Source: an uncultured Acidobacteriota bacterium
GTDB lineage: Bacteria; Acidobacteriota; Vicinamibacteria; Vicinamibacterales; CAVVIG01
NCBI GenBank assembly: GCA_963720005.1
Contig: CAVREM010000010.1
Location: forward strand, 3,471-67,470
Direction: 5' to 3'
Length of the DNA stretch: 64,000 nucleotides
In this document: positions 36,298-47,434 of the stretch, piece by piece
How positions within the stretch are numbered: the stretch's first letter is position 1
Layout of the letters: the number at the start of each line of letters is the position of its first letter
Translations under genes and position numbers: made by a program
The notes under the pieces: generated by a model
What the model saw: the letters and a program-made list of their open reading frames with translations, nothing else
Told to the model about the DNA's origin: nothing
The model's database searches: none

Positions 36298-38260
36298 CTA
36301 GCCTTCGCGCTCTTCGTAGTTGTCCTTGAGCCGCGCCACCACGGCCGGATCGGCGAGCGTCGTCGTGTCGCCAAGCGCTTTGCCTTCCGCGATGTCACGC
36401 AGCAGGCGTCGCATGATCTTCCCGGAGCGGGTCTTCGGCAGGTCGGCCGTGAAGAGGATGTCGTCGGGCCTCGCGATCGCGCCGATCTTCTTGACGACGT
36501 GCTCCTTCAATTCGTCGGCGTGGTCCTTGGATCCCTGCCGCCCTTCCTTCAGCGTGACGAACGCGGCGATCGCCTGTCCCTTGATCTCGTGGGCGCGGCC
36601 GACGACCGCCGCTTCGGCGACGCTGGGGTGATCGACGAGCGCGCTCTCGACTTCCATCGTGCCGATGCGGTGGCCCGCGACGTTGATGACGTCGTCGACG
36701 CGGCCGAGCAGCCAGAAGTTGCCGTCCGCGTCGCGCTTCGCGCCGTCGCCGGTGACGTACACGCCCGGGCCCCACTTGTTCCAGGTACTGGCGGACGTAG
36801 CGCTCGGGATCGCCGTAGATGCCGCGCAGCATCGACGGCCACGGACGAGTCAACGCGAGGAGGCCGCCGCCCACGTCCACCTTTTCGCCCTTCTCGTTCC
36901 TGATTTCAGCCGCGATGCCGGGGAACGGACGCGTGGCGGAGCCGGGCTTGGTCGTCGTGAGGCCGGGCAGCGGCGTGATCATGATGGCGCCGGTTTCGGT
37001 CTGCCACCAGGTGTCGACGATCGGGCACTTCTCGCGGCCGATGAAGCGGTAGTACCAGACCCACGCTTCCGGATTGATCGGCTCACCGACCGATCCGATC
37101 AACCGAAGCGAGGAGAGGTCGCGCTTCTGCGGCCACTCGGTGCCCCAGCGCATGAACGCGCGAATCGCCGTCGGCGCCGTATAGAAGATGGTGACGCCGT
37201 AGCGTTCGATCAGCGACCAGAAGCGATCCTTCTGCGGCCAGTCGGGCGCGCCCTCGTACATGAGTACTGTCGCGCCGTTGGCGAGCGGCCCGTAGACGAC
37301 GTAGCTGTGGCCCGTCACCCAGCCGATGTCGGCCGAACACCAATAGACGTCGTCGTCCTTCATGTCGAAGACGAGCTTGGTGGTGGCGTACGTGCCGACC
37401 AGATATCCGCCGGTCGTGTGAACGATGCCTTTCGGTTTCCCGGTCGTGCCGGACGTATAGAGGATGTAGAGCATGTCCTCCGAGTCCATCTGCTCCGGCT
37501 CGCAGCGTAGAGGCGCATCCTGCATCAGCCGGTGATACCAGTGATCGCGGCCCTCCTTTATATGTACCGGCATGGCGGAATCGCCGCGCTGGACGATGAC
37601 GACGTGCTCGATCGACGGCGTGCCCTCCAGCGCCTCGTCGGCGATCTGCTTGAGCGGCACGATTTGGCCGCGGCGGTAGCCGCCGTCGGCGGTGACGAGC
37701 AGCTTCGCTTCCTGGTCGTTGATCCGGTCGCGAAGCGACTCGGCGCTGAAACCGCCGAAGACGACGCTGTGGATGGCGCCAATCCGGGCGCAGGCGAGCA
37801 TCGCGATCGCGAGCTCCGGGATGAGCGGCATGTAGAGCGCGACGCGGTCGCCCTTGCGGACGCCCAGGGACTTCAGCACGTTCGCAAACGCCGAGACGTC
37901 ACGGTAGAGGTCGTAGTAGGTCAGCGTCCGCCGATCGCCGGGCTCGCCTTCCCAGATGATCGCCGCCTTGTTGCGGCGGCCGCCCCGGACATGGCGGTCG
38001 ATGCAGTTGACCGAAATATTCAGCTTCCCGCCGACGAACCACTTCGCGTGCGGCGGCTGCCAGTCGAGGATCTTGTCCCACGGGCGCGACCATTCGAGCT
38101 CGGTGGCGAACTTGGCCCAGAACCGTTCAGGATCGCGCTCGGCCTCGGCATAAATCATTTCATCGCGGGCGTTCGCCTGCGCCGTGAATGCGGGCGACGG
38201 CGTGAAGGTGCGGTCTTCTCTGAGGAGATCGGAGTATTCGGCGATGTTTTGTTGGGTCAC
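36298..38260 (-). pseudogene. acs: acetyl-CoA synthetase, with one frameshift near 36784
   Basis: [15 protein letters not shown]...[10 protein letters not shown]...[11 protein letters not shown]...WWQTETG...; after the shift [47 protein letters not shown]...[15 protein letters not shown]. Confidence 0.92.
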
Positions 38261-38282
38261 GAGGCGGAAGCATACCGTACCG

Positions 38283-39361
38283 TCAGCCAGATTCCAGAGT
38301 GGTCAGGCGCGACCGCACGCGTGCCGCAAGATCGGGATAGCCGACGGCCCCGTACTGCAGGAACGCCCGGTAATGGGTGACGGCGGTCACCATGTCTCCA
38401 CCCTCGTCGGCGACGACCGCGAGGTTGTAGTGCGAGCCGGCGTGGCGCGGGTCCTGGGCCACCGCGCGGCGAAGGAGATCGCGTGCCTCGGCCGTTCTCC
38501 CGGCAGCCTTCTGCACGAGCGCCAGGTTCACCAGCGATTCGATATTCCTGGAATCGATGTCAAGCGCGACCGTCAGCTCAGCAGCGGCGTCGTCGAGCTG
38601 CCTGGCGCGCAGGTAGGCCACGCCGAGATTGTTGTGGGCCTTTACATAAGCCGGATCGAGTGCAATGGCGCGGCGGAACTCGCGAAGCGCATCGATGGTG
38701 TTCCCGCGGTCCTGGTGGAGGAGCCCGAGATTGTTGTGGACTTCGGCGCTCGCATCGTTCTGCTCGAGCAGAATCCTGTACTGCGCGAGGGCGCTGTCGA
38801 AGTCGCCCACCCGCTGGTAGTAGAGCGCGAGCGCAAAGTGATTCGATGCCGGCGCCGGACCCGAGACTGGCGCCGGACTCGATAGCTTCTGGTCCAGCGG
38901 AGTCGCCGCGGCTTCTCGCGACGGTCGCGCCACCGGCCTGGATGGTGCTGACCGACTGGCTTTCGGCGCAGACGCCAGTCGCGCCGTCGAAGCCGTCGAG
39001 GGCGTTGCCGCAACGGGAGCGCCCGGCGCCGCGCTCGGAGCAGCCGGGGCCACGAGCACCAAGGTGTCATCCAATGGCGGCGCGTCCACAAGTGGCGCCG
39101 GTTTGGGCGTTACCGGCGGTCGCACGGCGGCCTGCCGCGGCGTCGCCTGCCTCGCAGCCCAGTACACCGGCAGCGCGACGGCGAGAAACCCGAACGCGAT
39201 GGCGCCGGAGGCAATGCCGATGATCCGCTGCGCCGACAATCCGCGCCGCGATGGCGGCCGCGGATAGCCGAGAGTGTCGGGGACGGCACTGGTTCGTGCG
39301 TCGCGACCGTCCCGCGGCTCGCCTTTCGGCCGTGGCGAAGCGCGTCGAGGATCAGGCTCAC
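38283..39361 (-). pseudogene. GspB-like N-terminus, TM helix, Pro/Ala-rich linker and TPR repeats (MshN/ExeB-like accessory protein); one frameshift between about 39240 and 39340
   Basis: The GTG at 39361 overlaps the upstream stop (GTGA). VSLILDALRHGR...; then (other frame) RIIGIASGAIAFGFLAVALPVYWAA (TM); long P/A/S linker; TPR repeats ALALYYQRVGDFDSALAQYRILLEQN, AEVHNNLGLLHQDRGNTIDALREFRRAIALDP, VKAHNNLGVAYL... Confidence 0.65.
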
Positions 39362-40683
39362 TTGGTCCGGCCGGCGGATGCGGTCGCGATGACGCGCGCC
39401 TGGAGTACGGGAGCAGCCGCCTTGAGGCGGGCCGCATCCCATGACGCCTTCTCGTACTCCTGCTCGGTGTAAGTGCCGGCAAGCACTCGCCACCGCCGGC
39501 CTTCTGCGCCCAGATCGACGCGTTCGTAGTAGACGCGGTGCCCGGATGCCTCGAGCCAGGCCGTCAGCTCACGAACCGCGGACTCCGACGCCTGGCTCTC
39601 GGGATACGACTCGACGAGAACCGACAGCGCCGTGCCCGCCGGCATCTGGCGATTGGCCCCCATCGCCGCGGCTGCGGCCGGTGTCGCGGCCGATTCGGCG
39701 ACGCCTCTCGCCTGGACCGTGTTCACCGCGAACCGTTGATAGAGGAACGCGGTCGACCCGACGGCGGACGCCGCAGCAAGAAGCACGACGGCGGCGCCGG
39801 CCGCGACGGAGGCGCGACGGCGCAGCCATTCGAACGGCGGCGCCGGCGGCGCCGCGATGTCGAGGCTCTTCGCGGCATGCCGCACCATGCCGGGCGTGAT
39901 CCGGCCGGCCTGCACCGAGAATCCGGCCAGCAGCGCACGATCGCAAATCAGGTTGATGAGCCGTGGAATGCCGCCGGAGACTCTGTGGACCAGCGCGAGC
40001 GCCCGCGAGGTGAACGCGACCGAACCGGATCCTCCCGCGACCGTCAGCCGATGCCTGACATAGGCCGCGGCAGCCTCCGGCTCGAGCGGCTTCAGCTCGA
40101 AGCGGATGGAGATGCGCTGATCGAGCTGGCGGAGCTCGGGGCTTCTGAGCAGTTCGTGCAGGTTCAACTGACCGACGAGGATGATCTGAAGGAGCTTCTC
40201 CTTGTCGGTCTCGAGGTTTGACAGAATCCGAATCTGCTCGAGGACGTGCAGCGGCAGGTCCTGGGCTTCGTCGATGACGATGACGGCGCTCGCCTTCAGC
40301 GGGATCAGGCCGATCAGGAAGTCGTACAACGTGTCGATCAGCTCCTGCTTGCTCGCGCCGGCCAGGCGCCCCGCTTTCAGCTCGGCGCGCGAGACGACGC
40401 CGAAGTCCTGCAGGATCCGCTTCAGCAGGTCCTCTTCGGACAGAAACGGGTTCAGGATCAGCGCGGTGTACGTCGTCTGATCGATGTGCTCGAGGAGCGC
40501 ACGGCACAACGTCGTCTTGCCCGTGCCGATGTCGCCAGTGACGACGACAAAGCCCTCGCGCCGCTGGATGGCGTACTGGAGCAGTTCGAACGCATGGGCA
40601 TGCGACTGGCTCCGGTAGAGATATTTCGGGTCCGGCGTCAGGCTGAACGGTTTCTCGGTGAACCCGTAGTACTCCTCGTACAT
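39358..40683 (-). CDS. ExeA/GspA/MshM-type AAA ATPase with a TM segment and a C-terminal SPOR-like domain
   Basis: An intact 441-aa ORF: FSLTPDPKYLYRSQSHAHAFELLQYAI..REGFVVVTGDIGTGKTTL (Walker A), VIVIDEAQDL (Walker B), LQIILVGQ; TM ASVAAGAAVVLLAAASAV; C-terminal LSVLVESYPESQASESAVRELTAWLEASGHRVYYERVDLGAEGRRWRVLAGTY. Confidence 0.8.
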   Translation of the reverse strand: MYEEYYGFTEKPFSLTPDPKYLYRSQSHAHAFELLQYAIQRREGFVVVTGDIGTGKTTLCRALLEHIDQTTYTALILNPFLSEEDLLKRILQDFGVVSRAELKAGRLAGASKQELIDTLYDFLIGLIPLKASAVIVIDEAQDLPLHVLEQIRILSNLETDKEKLLQIILVGQLNLHELLRSPELRQLDQRISIRFELKPLEPEAAAAYVRHRLTVAGGSGSVAFTSRALALVHRVSGGIPRLINLICDRALLAGFSVQAGRITPGMVRHAAKSLDIAAPPAPPFEWLRRRASVAAGAAVVLLAAASAVGSTAFLYQRFAVNTVQARGVAESAATPAAAAAMGANRQMPAGTALSVLVESYPESQASESAVRELTAWLEASGHRVYYERVDLGAEGRRWRVLAGTYTEQEYEKASWDAARLKAAAPVLQARVIATASAGRTK

Positions 40684-41904
40684 CTACGGAGCTCCCACCG
40701 GCGGCAGGATCCTCGGCGTCAGCATGATCACGAGCTCGATGCGCTTCCTCGTGACCGCGGTGGCTCGGCCGAACCAGCCGCCACGGGTGCCGCCGTTCTG
40801 CCGTTCGCGCGTCTCGCGCTCCCGGGTGAATCCGGCGAGGACGAGCGTTTCTCCATCGGCGACGCGCGCGAGTGTGTCCGTCTCGCGAATCGTGGTCACC
40901 GCGGGCGCCCCGTTGCCGCTGTCGGCATCCTGCAGCGTGACGATCGGGCTCAGGCTCAACGTGACGACGTTGGTCGAGGAGATCTGCGGCGTCACTTCCA
41001 GCGCAACCCCTCCGAGCGCGCGCCGCTGGCCCGTGCGCGAGGTGGGCGCTTCGGCCGACGCCCTCACCAGCGCCGGCTCGTTGTTCAACGCCAGCACGCG
41101 CGGCGCGGCGACGGTGGTGACCCGGCCCTGCGCGGACAGTCCGGCGAGCAACTGATTGAGGTCCGCGACGCGCAGGCCAACGGGTTTGATGCCTGCCGCC
41201 CCGGCTCCCGCGGCGAGGGCGGCCCAGTCGAGCATCTCCGCGTCCGCGTCGCTCAACTCCACCTCCACGAACCGCACGTCGATCTGCACCTGGCGATGGA
41301 CCCGGTCGTGAACGGTGTCGAGGTACAGCGCGACACGGTCGAGCCGTTCGGGAAAGTCGGTGACCTGGACGAGCCCGGCCTTGCGATCGACGTTGAACGA
41401 CGCGTCCGGCGACAGCAGCATCTTCACGCCGCCGGCGATGTCCGCGAAGAAGTCGGTGGACGACGACCCGCCGACGAACGTGCGGCGAGTGCGGACAGCC
41501 GCCAGGTAGTTGACGTCGAACAGCCGCGTCTCGTGCTCGCGCTTGCCGACTCGGATGAAGGCGCCGTCGACGCGGTAATCGAGCCCCAGCGGCGGCAGGA
41601 TCAATCCCAGCGCCTGCCGCACCGTGACGTTCTTCAGGTCTCCGATGAACGTGCCTTCGATCCCAGGGTCTGGCACGATGCTGAGCGATGTTCCGCGGAC
41701 GAGCAGAAGCATCAGATCGCGGATTGGAACCGGCTGCGCGAACGTCAGCGTGAAGGTGCGGTTGTCGAGATCGGCGGCCAGCGCGCGCTCGTCGAGCTGG
41801 GTCAGCGGAAGCGTCGGGAGCTGGCCCTCGACGCCCGGCGTCTGGCCGGATAGGGTCGCGCCGGCCAGCGCCAGCCAGACCGCGGTAGGGGGGAGATACC
41901 GCAC
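40684..41904 (-). CDS. short secretin (type II/IV secretin family, MshL/PilQ-like)
   Basis: An intact 406-aa ORF with a GTG start and a signal-like N-terminus. N-domain NVTVRQALGLILPPLGLDYRVDGAFIRV; secretin core QVQIDVRFVEV...PRVLALNNEPALV...LEVTPQISSTNVVTLSLSP...RETDTLARVADGETLVLAGF...IELVIMLTPRIL. Confidence 0.8.
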   Translation of the reverse strand: MRYLPPTAVWLALAGATLSGQTPGVEGQLPTLPLTQLDERALAADLDNRTFTLTFAQPVPIRDLMLLLVRGTSLSIVPDPGIEGTFIGDLKNVTVRQALGLILPPLGLDYRVDGAFIRVGKREHETRLFDVNYLAAVRTRRTFVGGSSSTDFFADIAGGVKMLLSPDASFNVDRKAGLVQVTDFPERLDRVALYLDTVHDRVHRQVQIDVRFVEVELSDADAEMLDWAALAAGAGAAGIKPVGLRVADLNQLLAGLSAQGRVTTVAAPRVLALNNEPALVRASAEAPTSRTGQRRALGGVALEVTPQISSTNVVTLSLSPIVTLQDADSGNGAPAVTTIRETDTLARVADGETLVLAGFTRERETRERQNGGTRGGWFGRATAVTRKRIELVIMLTPRILPPVGAP

Positions 41905-41941
41905 ATCTGATGTTTTCGGCCGTTGACGGTGTGTGCAGTAG

Positions 41942-42008
41942 TGCGGACCTTATCCGCCTCCGTGGTGTTGTGGACCTTTGGGTCCGCGGCGGGCCTAAGA
42001 GGCCCGCC
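41942..42008. repeat. cluster of three GC-rich hairpins (REP-like/terminator) between the membrane-protein gene and the secretin gene
   Basis: GCGGA-cctta-TCCGC (41942-41956), GGACC-tttg-GGTCC within GTGGACCTTTGGGTCCGC (41970-41987), and GGCGGGCC-taaga-GGCCCGCC (41988-42008). The last one abuts the stop codon at 42009. Confidence 0.7.
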
Positions 42009-42453
42009 CTACATCTGGCTGGGTGGGATGTCGATGACCGGCGGCATAGCCGGTTTCTTGCGGAAGATCACCGCGCCGAGGATGCCGCCGAGCGTGGAGA
42101 AAACGACGCCCGCGAATAGCGCGAAGATGAACCCGAAGACGATGCCGGCCGCGGTGCCCAGGCCCGACGCCATCATCTCGCGCACCTCGGGCGGGAAGTT
42201 GCCGCTCTCGATGAATCGCTCGATCATGGCCCGCTGCATCGGCGCGAGCAACAGCGTCATCGGGATGGACAGGACCAGATTGACAAACGCGCCGATGACG
42301 CCCGCCATCAGGCCGACGACAGCGCCGTCGCCGACCTGGATCGGATTGGCGTCGCGCTCCTGAAGGAGGTAGGCGGCGACGACGCCGCCAGTCACGACCC
42401 ACAGGCAGCAGCAGGCGTTGAGCGATGTTGACGAACGGCAGCGCCGACAGCAC
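42009..42453 (-). pseudogene. small multi-TM membrane protein with a Cys-Cys-Cys motif, with one frameshift near 42420; start uncertain
   Basis: (GTG 42453) LSALPFVNIA; then NACCCLWVVTGGVVAAYLLQERDANPIQVGDGAVVGLMAGVIGAFVNLVLSIP...GIVFGFIFALFAGVVFSTLGGILGAVIF. The hydrophobic helices are Gly-rich. I do not recognise a family. Confidence 0.5.
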
Positions 42454-42494
42454 GCCCGTGACGAGCCCGCCGATGAGCGCCGGCTGGAAGCTTG

Positions 42495-43810
<1,316 letters not shown>

Positions 43811-43837
43811 GGGGAAAAACTATATCATCATCTGCCG

Positions 43838-44401
43838 ATGATTCCCCTGCGCGGCGGCGCGACGATCCGTACCTGCTCGTCGTCGGCATGACCGGCGTGC
43901 GGATGGGCGATCGCGTCGCGCAGGTCGGCTGCGCGCACGGCGGCCGCCTCGCCGCCGTCGCCGCGAAGGTCGGCCTCTCGGGGCGCGCGGTCGGCATTCG
44001 TTCCCGACGAGGCATCGGCGGCGCGCGCGCGCAAGGCCGTCGAGGACGCCGGCGTGCTCGTCGAGATCGAGATCGCGCCGCCGACGAAGCTGCCGGCTGA
44101 CGAGGGCGACGTTCGACCTGGCGGTCGTCGACGACACCGGCGGTCTGTTCGGGACGATGCGCGCCGAGGATCGCGTCGCGGCGGTGCGCGAGCTGCTCCG
44201 CATCCTGCGGCCGGGCGGCCGCGTCGTCGTGATCGGCGCCGCCGCGCGCGGCGGGCTCGGCGCGTTGTTCAGCCGCGGATCGCCGGCGCCCGCCGTTCGA
44301 TCCCGCGCCGTCGCTCGAAGCCGACGGCTTCAAGCAAGTGAGAACCCTGGCCGAGCGAGACGGGCTCGTCTTCGTCGAGGGCGTCAAGCCCAAGGCCTGA
44401 A
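43838..44401 (+). pseudogene. small class-I SAM-dependent methyltransferase-like protein, with about five frameshifts in 560 nt
   Basis: Pieced together across frames: MIPLRGGA/DDPYLLVVGMTGVRMGDRVAQVGCAHGGRLAAVAAKVGLSGRAVGI/VPDEASAARARKAVEDAGVLVEIEIAPPTKLPADEG/TFDLAVVDDTGGLFGTMRAEDRVAAVRELLRILRPGGRVVVIG.../[33 protein letters not shown]. The VGCAHG motif and the LRPGGR pattern indicate a Rossmann methyltransferase. Confidence 0.55.
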
Positions 44402-44404
44402 CCT

Positions 44405-45198
44405 ATGCCGAAATTCGCCGCCAACCTGACGATGCTGTTCAACGAGGTCGCGTTCCTCGATCGGTTCGCCGCGGCGCGGCGCGCCGGCTTCGCCGGCGTC
44501 GAATACCTCTTCCCGTACGAGCACGACGCGAAAGAGATTCAGCCGGCGGCTCGACGAACAGGGCCTGACGCAGGTCTTGCACAACCTTCCCGCCGGCAAC
44601 TGGGGCGCGGGCGAGCGCGGCATCGCATGCCATCCGGATCGCGTGGCGGAGTTCGAAGAGGGCGTCACTCGCGCGATTCAGTACGCGACGGCGCTCGGCT
44701 GCCGGCAGCTGAACTGCCTCGCGGGCATCGCGCCGGCCGGCGTCGACGAGGTGCGCGCGCGGGCGACGTTCGTCGGCGAACCTCCGCGGCGCGGCGCGTC
44801 GCCTGCAGGACGCAGGCATCCGGCTGCTGATCGAACCGATCAACACGCGCGACATTCCCGGCTTCTTCCTGCGCACCACCGCGCAGGCGCTCGAGATCAT
44901 GGGCGAGGTCGGGTCGGACAACCTGTTCCTCCAGTACGACGTCTATCACATGCAAATCATGGAAGGCGATCTGGCGACGACGATCCAGAAGCACCTCGAT
45001 CGGATCGCCCACGTGCAGATCGCCGACAATCCCGGCCGCCACGAGCCGGGAACGGGTGAGATCAACTACGACTTCCTGTTCGACTACCTGGATCGGATCG
45101 GATACGCGGGCTGGGTCGGCTGTGAGTACAAGCCGGCGGCGAGCACCGAATCCGGACTCGGCTGGATGACGCGGCGCGTCACGTTCGCACGAGGCTGA
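44405..45198 (+). pseudogene. hyi: hydroxypyruvate isomerase, with two +1 insertions (near 44543 and 44776)
   Basis: [45 protein letters not shown]; then [31 protein letters not shown]...QLNCLAG; then [31 protein letters not shown]...LQYDVYHMQIMEGDL...HVQIADNPGRHEPGTGEINY. Confidence 0.85.
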
Positions 45199-46091
45199 TG
45201 ATGGCAGCGATCGGATTCATCGGGCTTGGCATCATGGGCCGGCCAATGGCCCTCAACTTGATCAAAGGCGGGCACACGCTCTTCCTGCACTCACGCAGCG
45301 GCGTGCCGGAGGATCTCACCGCGGCGGGCGGGCGCGCGTGCCGGTCCTCGCGTGAAGTCGCGAGCCAGGCCGACGTGGTCATCACGATGGTGCCCGACAC
45401 GCCGGACGTCGAGGCGGTGCTGTTCGGAGCCGAGGGTGTGGCGGAGGGCCTGAGCGCGGGCAAAGCCGTCGTCGATATGAGCTCGATCTCGCCGATCGCC
45501 ACCAAGCAGTTCGCGCAGCGCATCGGCGAGCTCGGGTGCGAGTATCTCGACGCGCCGGTGTCGGGCGGCGAAGTCGGCGCGAAGAACGCGACGCTCAGCA
45601 TCATGGTCGGCGGCAGCGAATCGACGTTCGGGCGGATCCGCCCGATCTTCGAGCTGATGGGCAAGAACATCACGCTCATCGGCGGGAACGGCGACGGCCA
45701 GACCTGCAAGGTCGCGAACCAGATCGTCGTCGCCCTCACGATCGAGGCGGTGGCCGAAGCGCTGCTCTTTGCGTCGAAGGCCGGCGCCGATCCGGCACGC
45801 GTCCGACAGGCCTTGATGGGCGGCTTCGCGTCGTCGCGCATCCTCGAGGTGCACGGCGAGCGGATGATCAATCGGACCTTCGATCCCGGGTTCCGGATCG
45901 AGCTGCATCAGAAGGACCTCAACCTCGCGCTGTCCGGCGCGCGCGCGCTCGGCGTCAGCCTGCCGAACACATCGACGGCCCAGGAGCTGTTCAACGCCTG
46001 CGCCGCCCAGGGCGGGGCGAAGTGGGACCACTCGGCGATGGTGCGCGCCCTGGAGAAGCTCGCCAGCCACGAGATTACGAAGCGGGTGTAG
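45198..46091 (+). CDS. glxR: 2-hydroxy-3-oxopropionate (tartronate semialdehyde) reductase, 3-hydroxyisobutyrate dehydrogenase family
   Basis: An intact 297-aa ORF with a TGATG junction to hyi. IGFIGLGIMGRPMALNL (NAD-binding fold), DAPVSGGEVGA, GDGQTCKVANQ. The pairing with hyi mirrors the gcl-hyi-glxR arrangement, although no gcl is present here. Confidence 0.8.
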   Translation: MMAAIGFIGLGIMGRPMALNLIKGGHTLFLHSRSGVPEDLTAAGGRACRSSREVASQADVVITMVPDTPDVEAVLFGAEGVAEGLSAGKAVVDMSSISPIATKQFAQRIGELGCEYLDAPVSGGEVGAKNATLSIMVGGSESTFGRIRPIFELMGKNITLIGGNGDGQTCKVANQIVVALTIEAVAEALLFASKAGADPARVRQALMGGFASSRILEVHGERMINRTFDPGFRIELHQKDLNLALSGARALGVSLPNTSTAQELFNACAAQGGAKWDHSAMVRALEKLASHEITKRV

Positions 46092-46154
46092 GGCGGACCT
46101 CGTAGCGGACCTCAGGTCCGCCGCGCGCCTAGGCCGGAACCAGGCGCCCGGCCT
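46092..46154. repeat. REP-like hairpins downstream of glxR
   Basis: GGCGGACCT...AGGTCCGCC, with the inner hairpin GCGGACC-tca-GGTCCGC (46105-46121), followed by AGGCCGG-(10 nt)-CCGGCCT (46131-46154). Confidence 0.75.
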
Positions 46155-46328
46155 ACGGTGATCGGTCCGCACGAGGTGACACCTGTCAGGCCCGGAGCAC
46201 AGCCCGACCGGAGCTTGTGCCGTTCCGTCGGAGCCTTCCTCGCCGGAATGGCCGGAAAACGCTCGAACGCCCCGCACGCTCCGTCGAAATTCGCGGCAAG
46301 CCTTTTGCCTTAAGCAGGATACCCGTCC

Positions 46329-47390
46329 ATGTCGCACACCGAGGTCTATTCGCCGCGCGAGATTGCCCGGGCCGCCGGGGTCGACGAGGAGCGCGTCCGA
46401 GCCATTCTCGGCGCGGCTGACGGGTTCGTCCCCTATTCGGATGCTCTCCGGCTGGCGCGCGATCTGCGGGCGGCGGCTGCGGTGGCGCCGAAAGCAGCGT
46501 CACCTCCGTGGTCGCCCGGCCGACGCTTTTTTCGCTGTTCGGGCCGGCGGGCCGGCGCGCGCGTCCTACGAGCGTCCCCCTCGCGGTGTCGGGGACGCTG
46601 CATGCCGGATTCGTCGCGCTGGCGGTCTTCATCACCAGCCTTGGGATGACGCCGACCGCCAAAACGCTCCCTGTCGACTGAAGAGCGCCCGCCCGACATG
46701 CGGCTGGTTTTCGTCAACATTCCGGGTCCGGGAGGAGGCGGGGGCGGCGGTGGCGCGCTCCAGAAGCGGCCGCCGCCGAAGGCGGAGCGGAAGGGCCGGA
46801 GCACGGTGAGCAGCCCGATGCCGCCCCGTCAGCGTCCGATTGCCGTGGAACCGCCGCCACGCCCGGCGCCCGAGCCGCCTCCAACGCTCACGTCCGAACC
46901 GATGCCAGTCGTCTCGGCTCCGATCGTCCAGGCGCCCGCCGAAGACCGCGACCGCGCCGGCCTGTTTAAGGAGGCGCGCGCTGAATCCCAGAGCCGCGGA
47001 CCCGGGGTCGGGGGCGGAGTCGGGAGCGGAACAGGGACCGGCATCGGCGAGGGCAATGGCAACGGCGTGGGCCCGGGATCTGGCGGCGGTACGGGCGGCG
47101 GCCCGTTCAGGCCTGGATCGGGAATCGAAGCACCTCGCCTTCTTCGGGAAGTGCGCGCGGATTACACGGACGAAGCCCGCCGCCGCTCCGTCGAGGGTGA
47201 AGTCGAGCTCGAGATCGTCGTCAGGCGAGATGGTTCGGTCGGCGACATAAAGATCCTGAAGCGCCTTGGCGCGGGGCTCGACGACCGCGCAGTGCAGGCC
47301 GTCCGGCAATGGCGATTCGAGCCGGCCCGGCGGCTCGGTTCGCCCGTGGACGTGATCGTCGAGGTGGCTGTCGAGTTCAAGCTGCGCTAG
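46329..47390 (+). pseudogene. TonB-family energy transducer with an N-terminal HTH-like segment and Gly-rich spacers; at least 2 frameshifts (near 46500 and 46675)
   Basis: MSHTEVYSPREIARAAGVDEERVRAIL...; then TM LFGPAGRRARPTSVPLAVSGTLHAGFVALAVFI; then MRLVFVNIPGPGGGGGGGG...PPPRPAPEPPPT...GPGVGGGVGSGTGTGIGEGNGNGVGPGSGGGTGGGP; TonB C-terminal domain PRLLREVRADYTDEARRRSVEGEVELEIVVRRDGSVGDIKILK.LGAGLDDRAVQAVRQWRFEPA. Confidence 0.75.
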
Positions 47391-47434
47391 GCGCGCCACG
47401 GCGCGACGCGCGCCGGATCAGTTTAGGAATTGCC

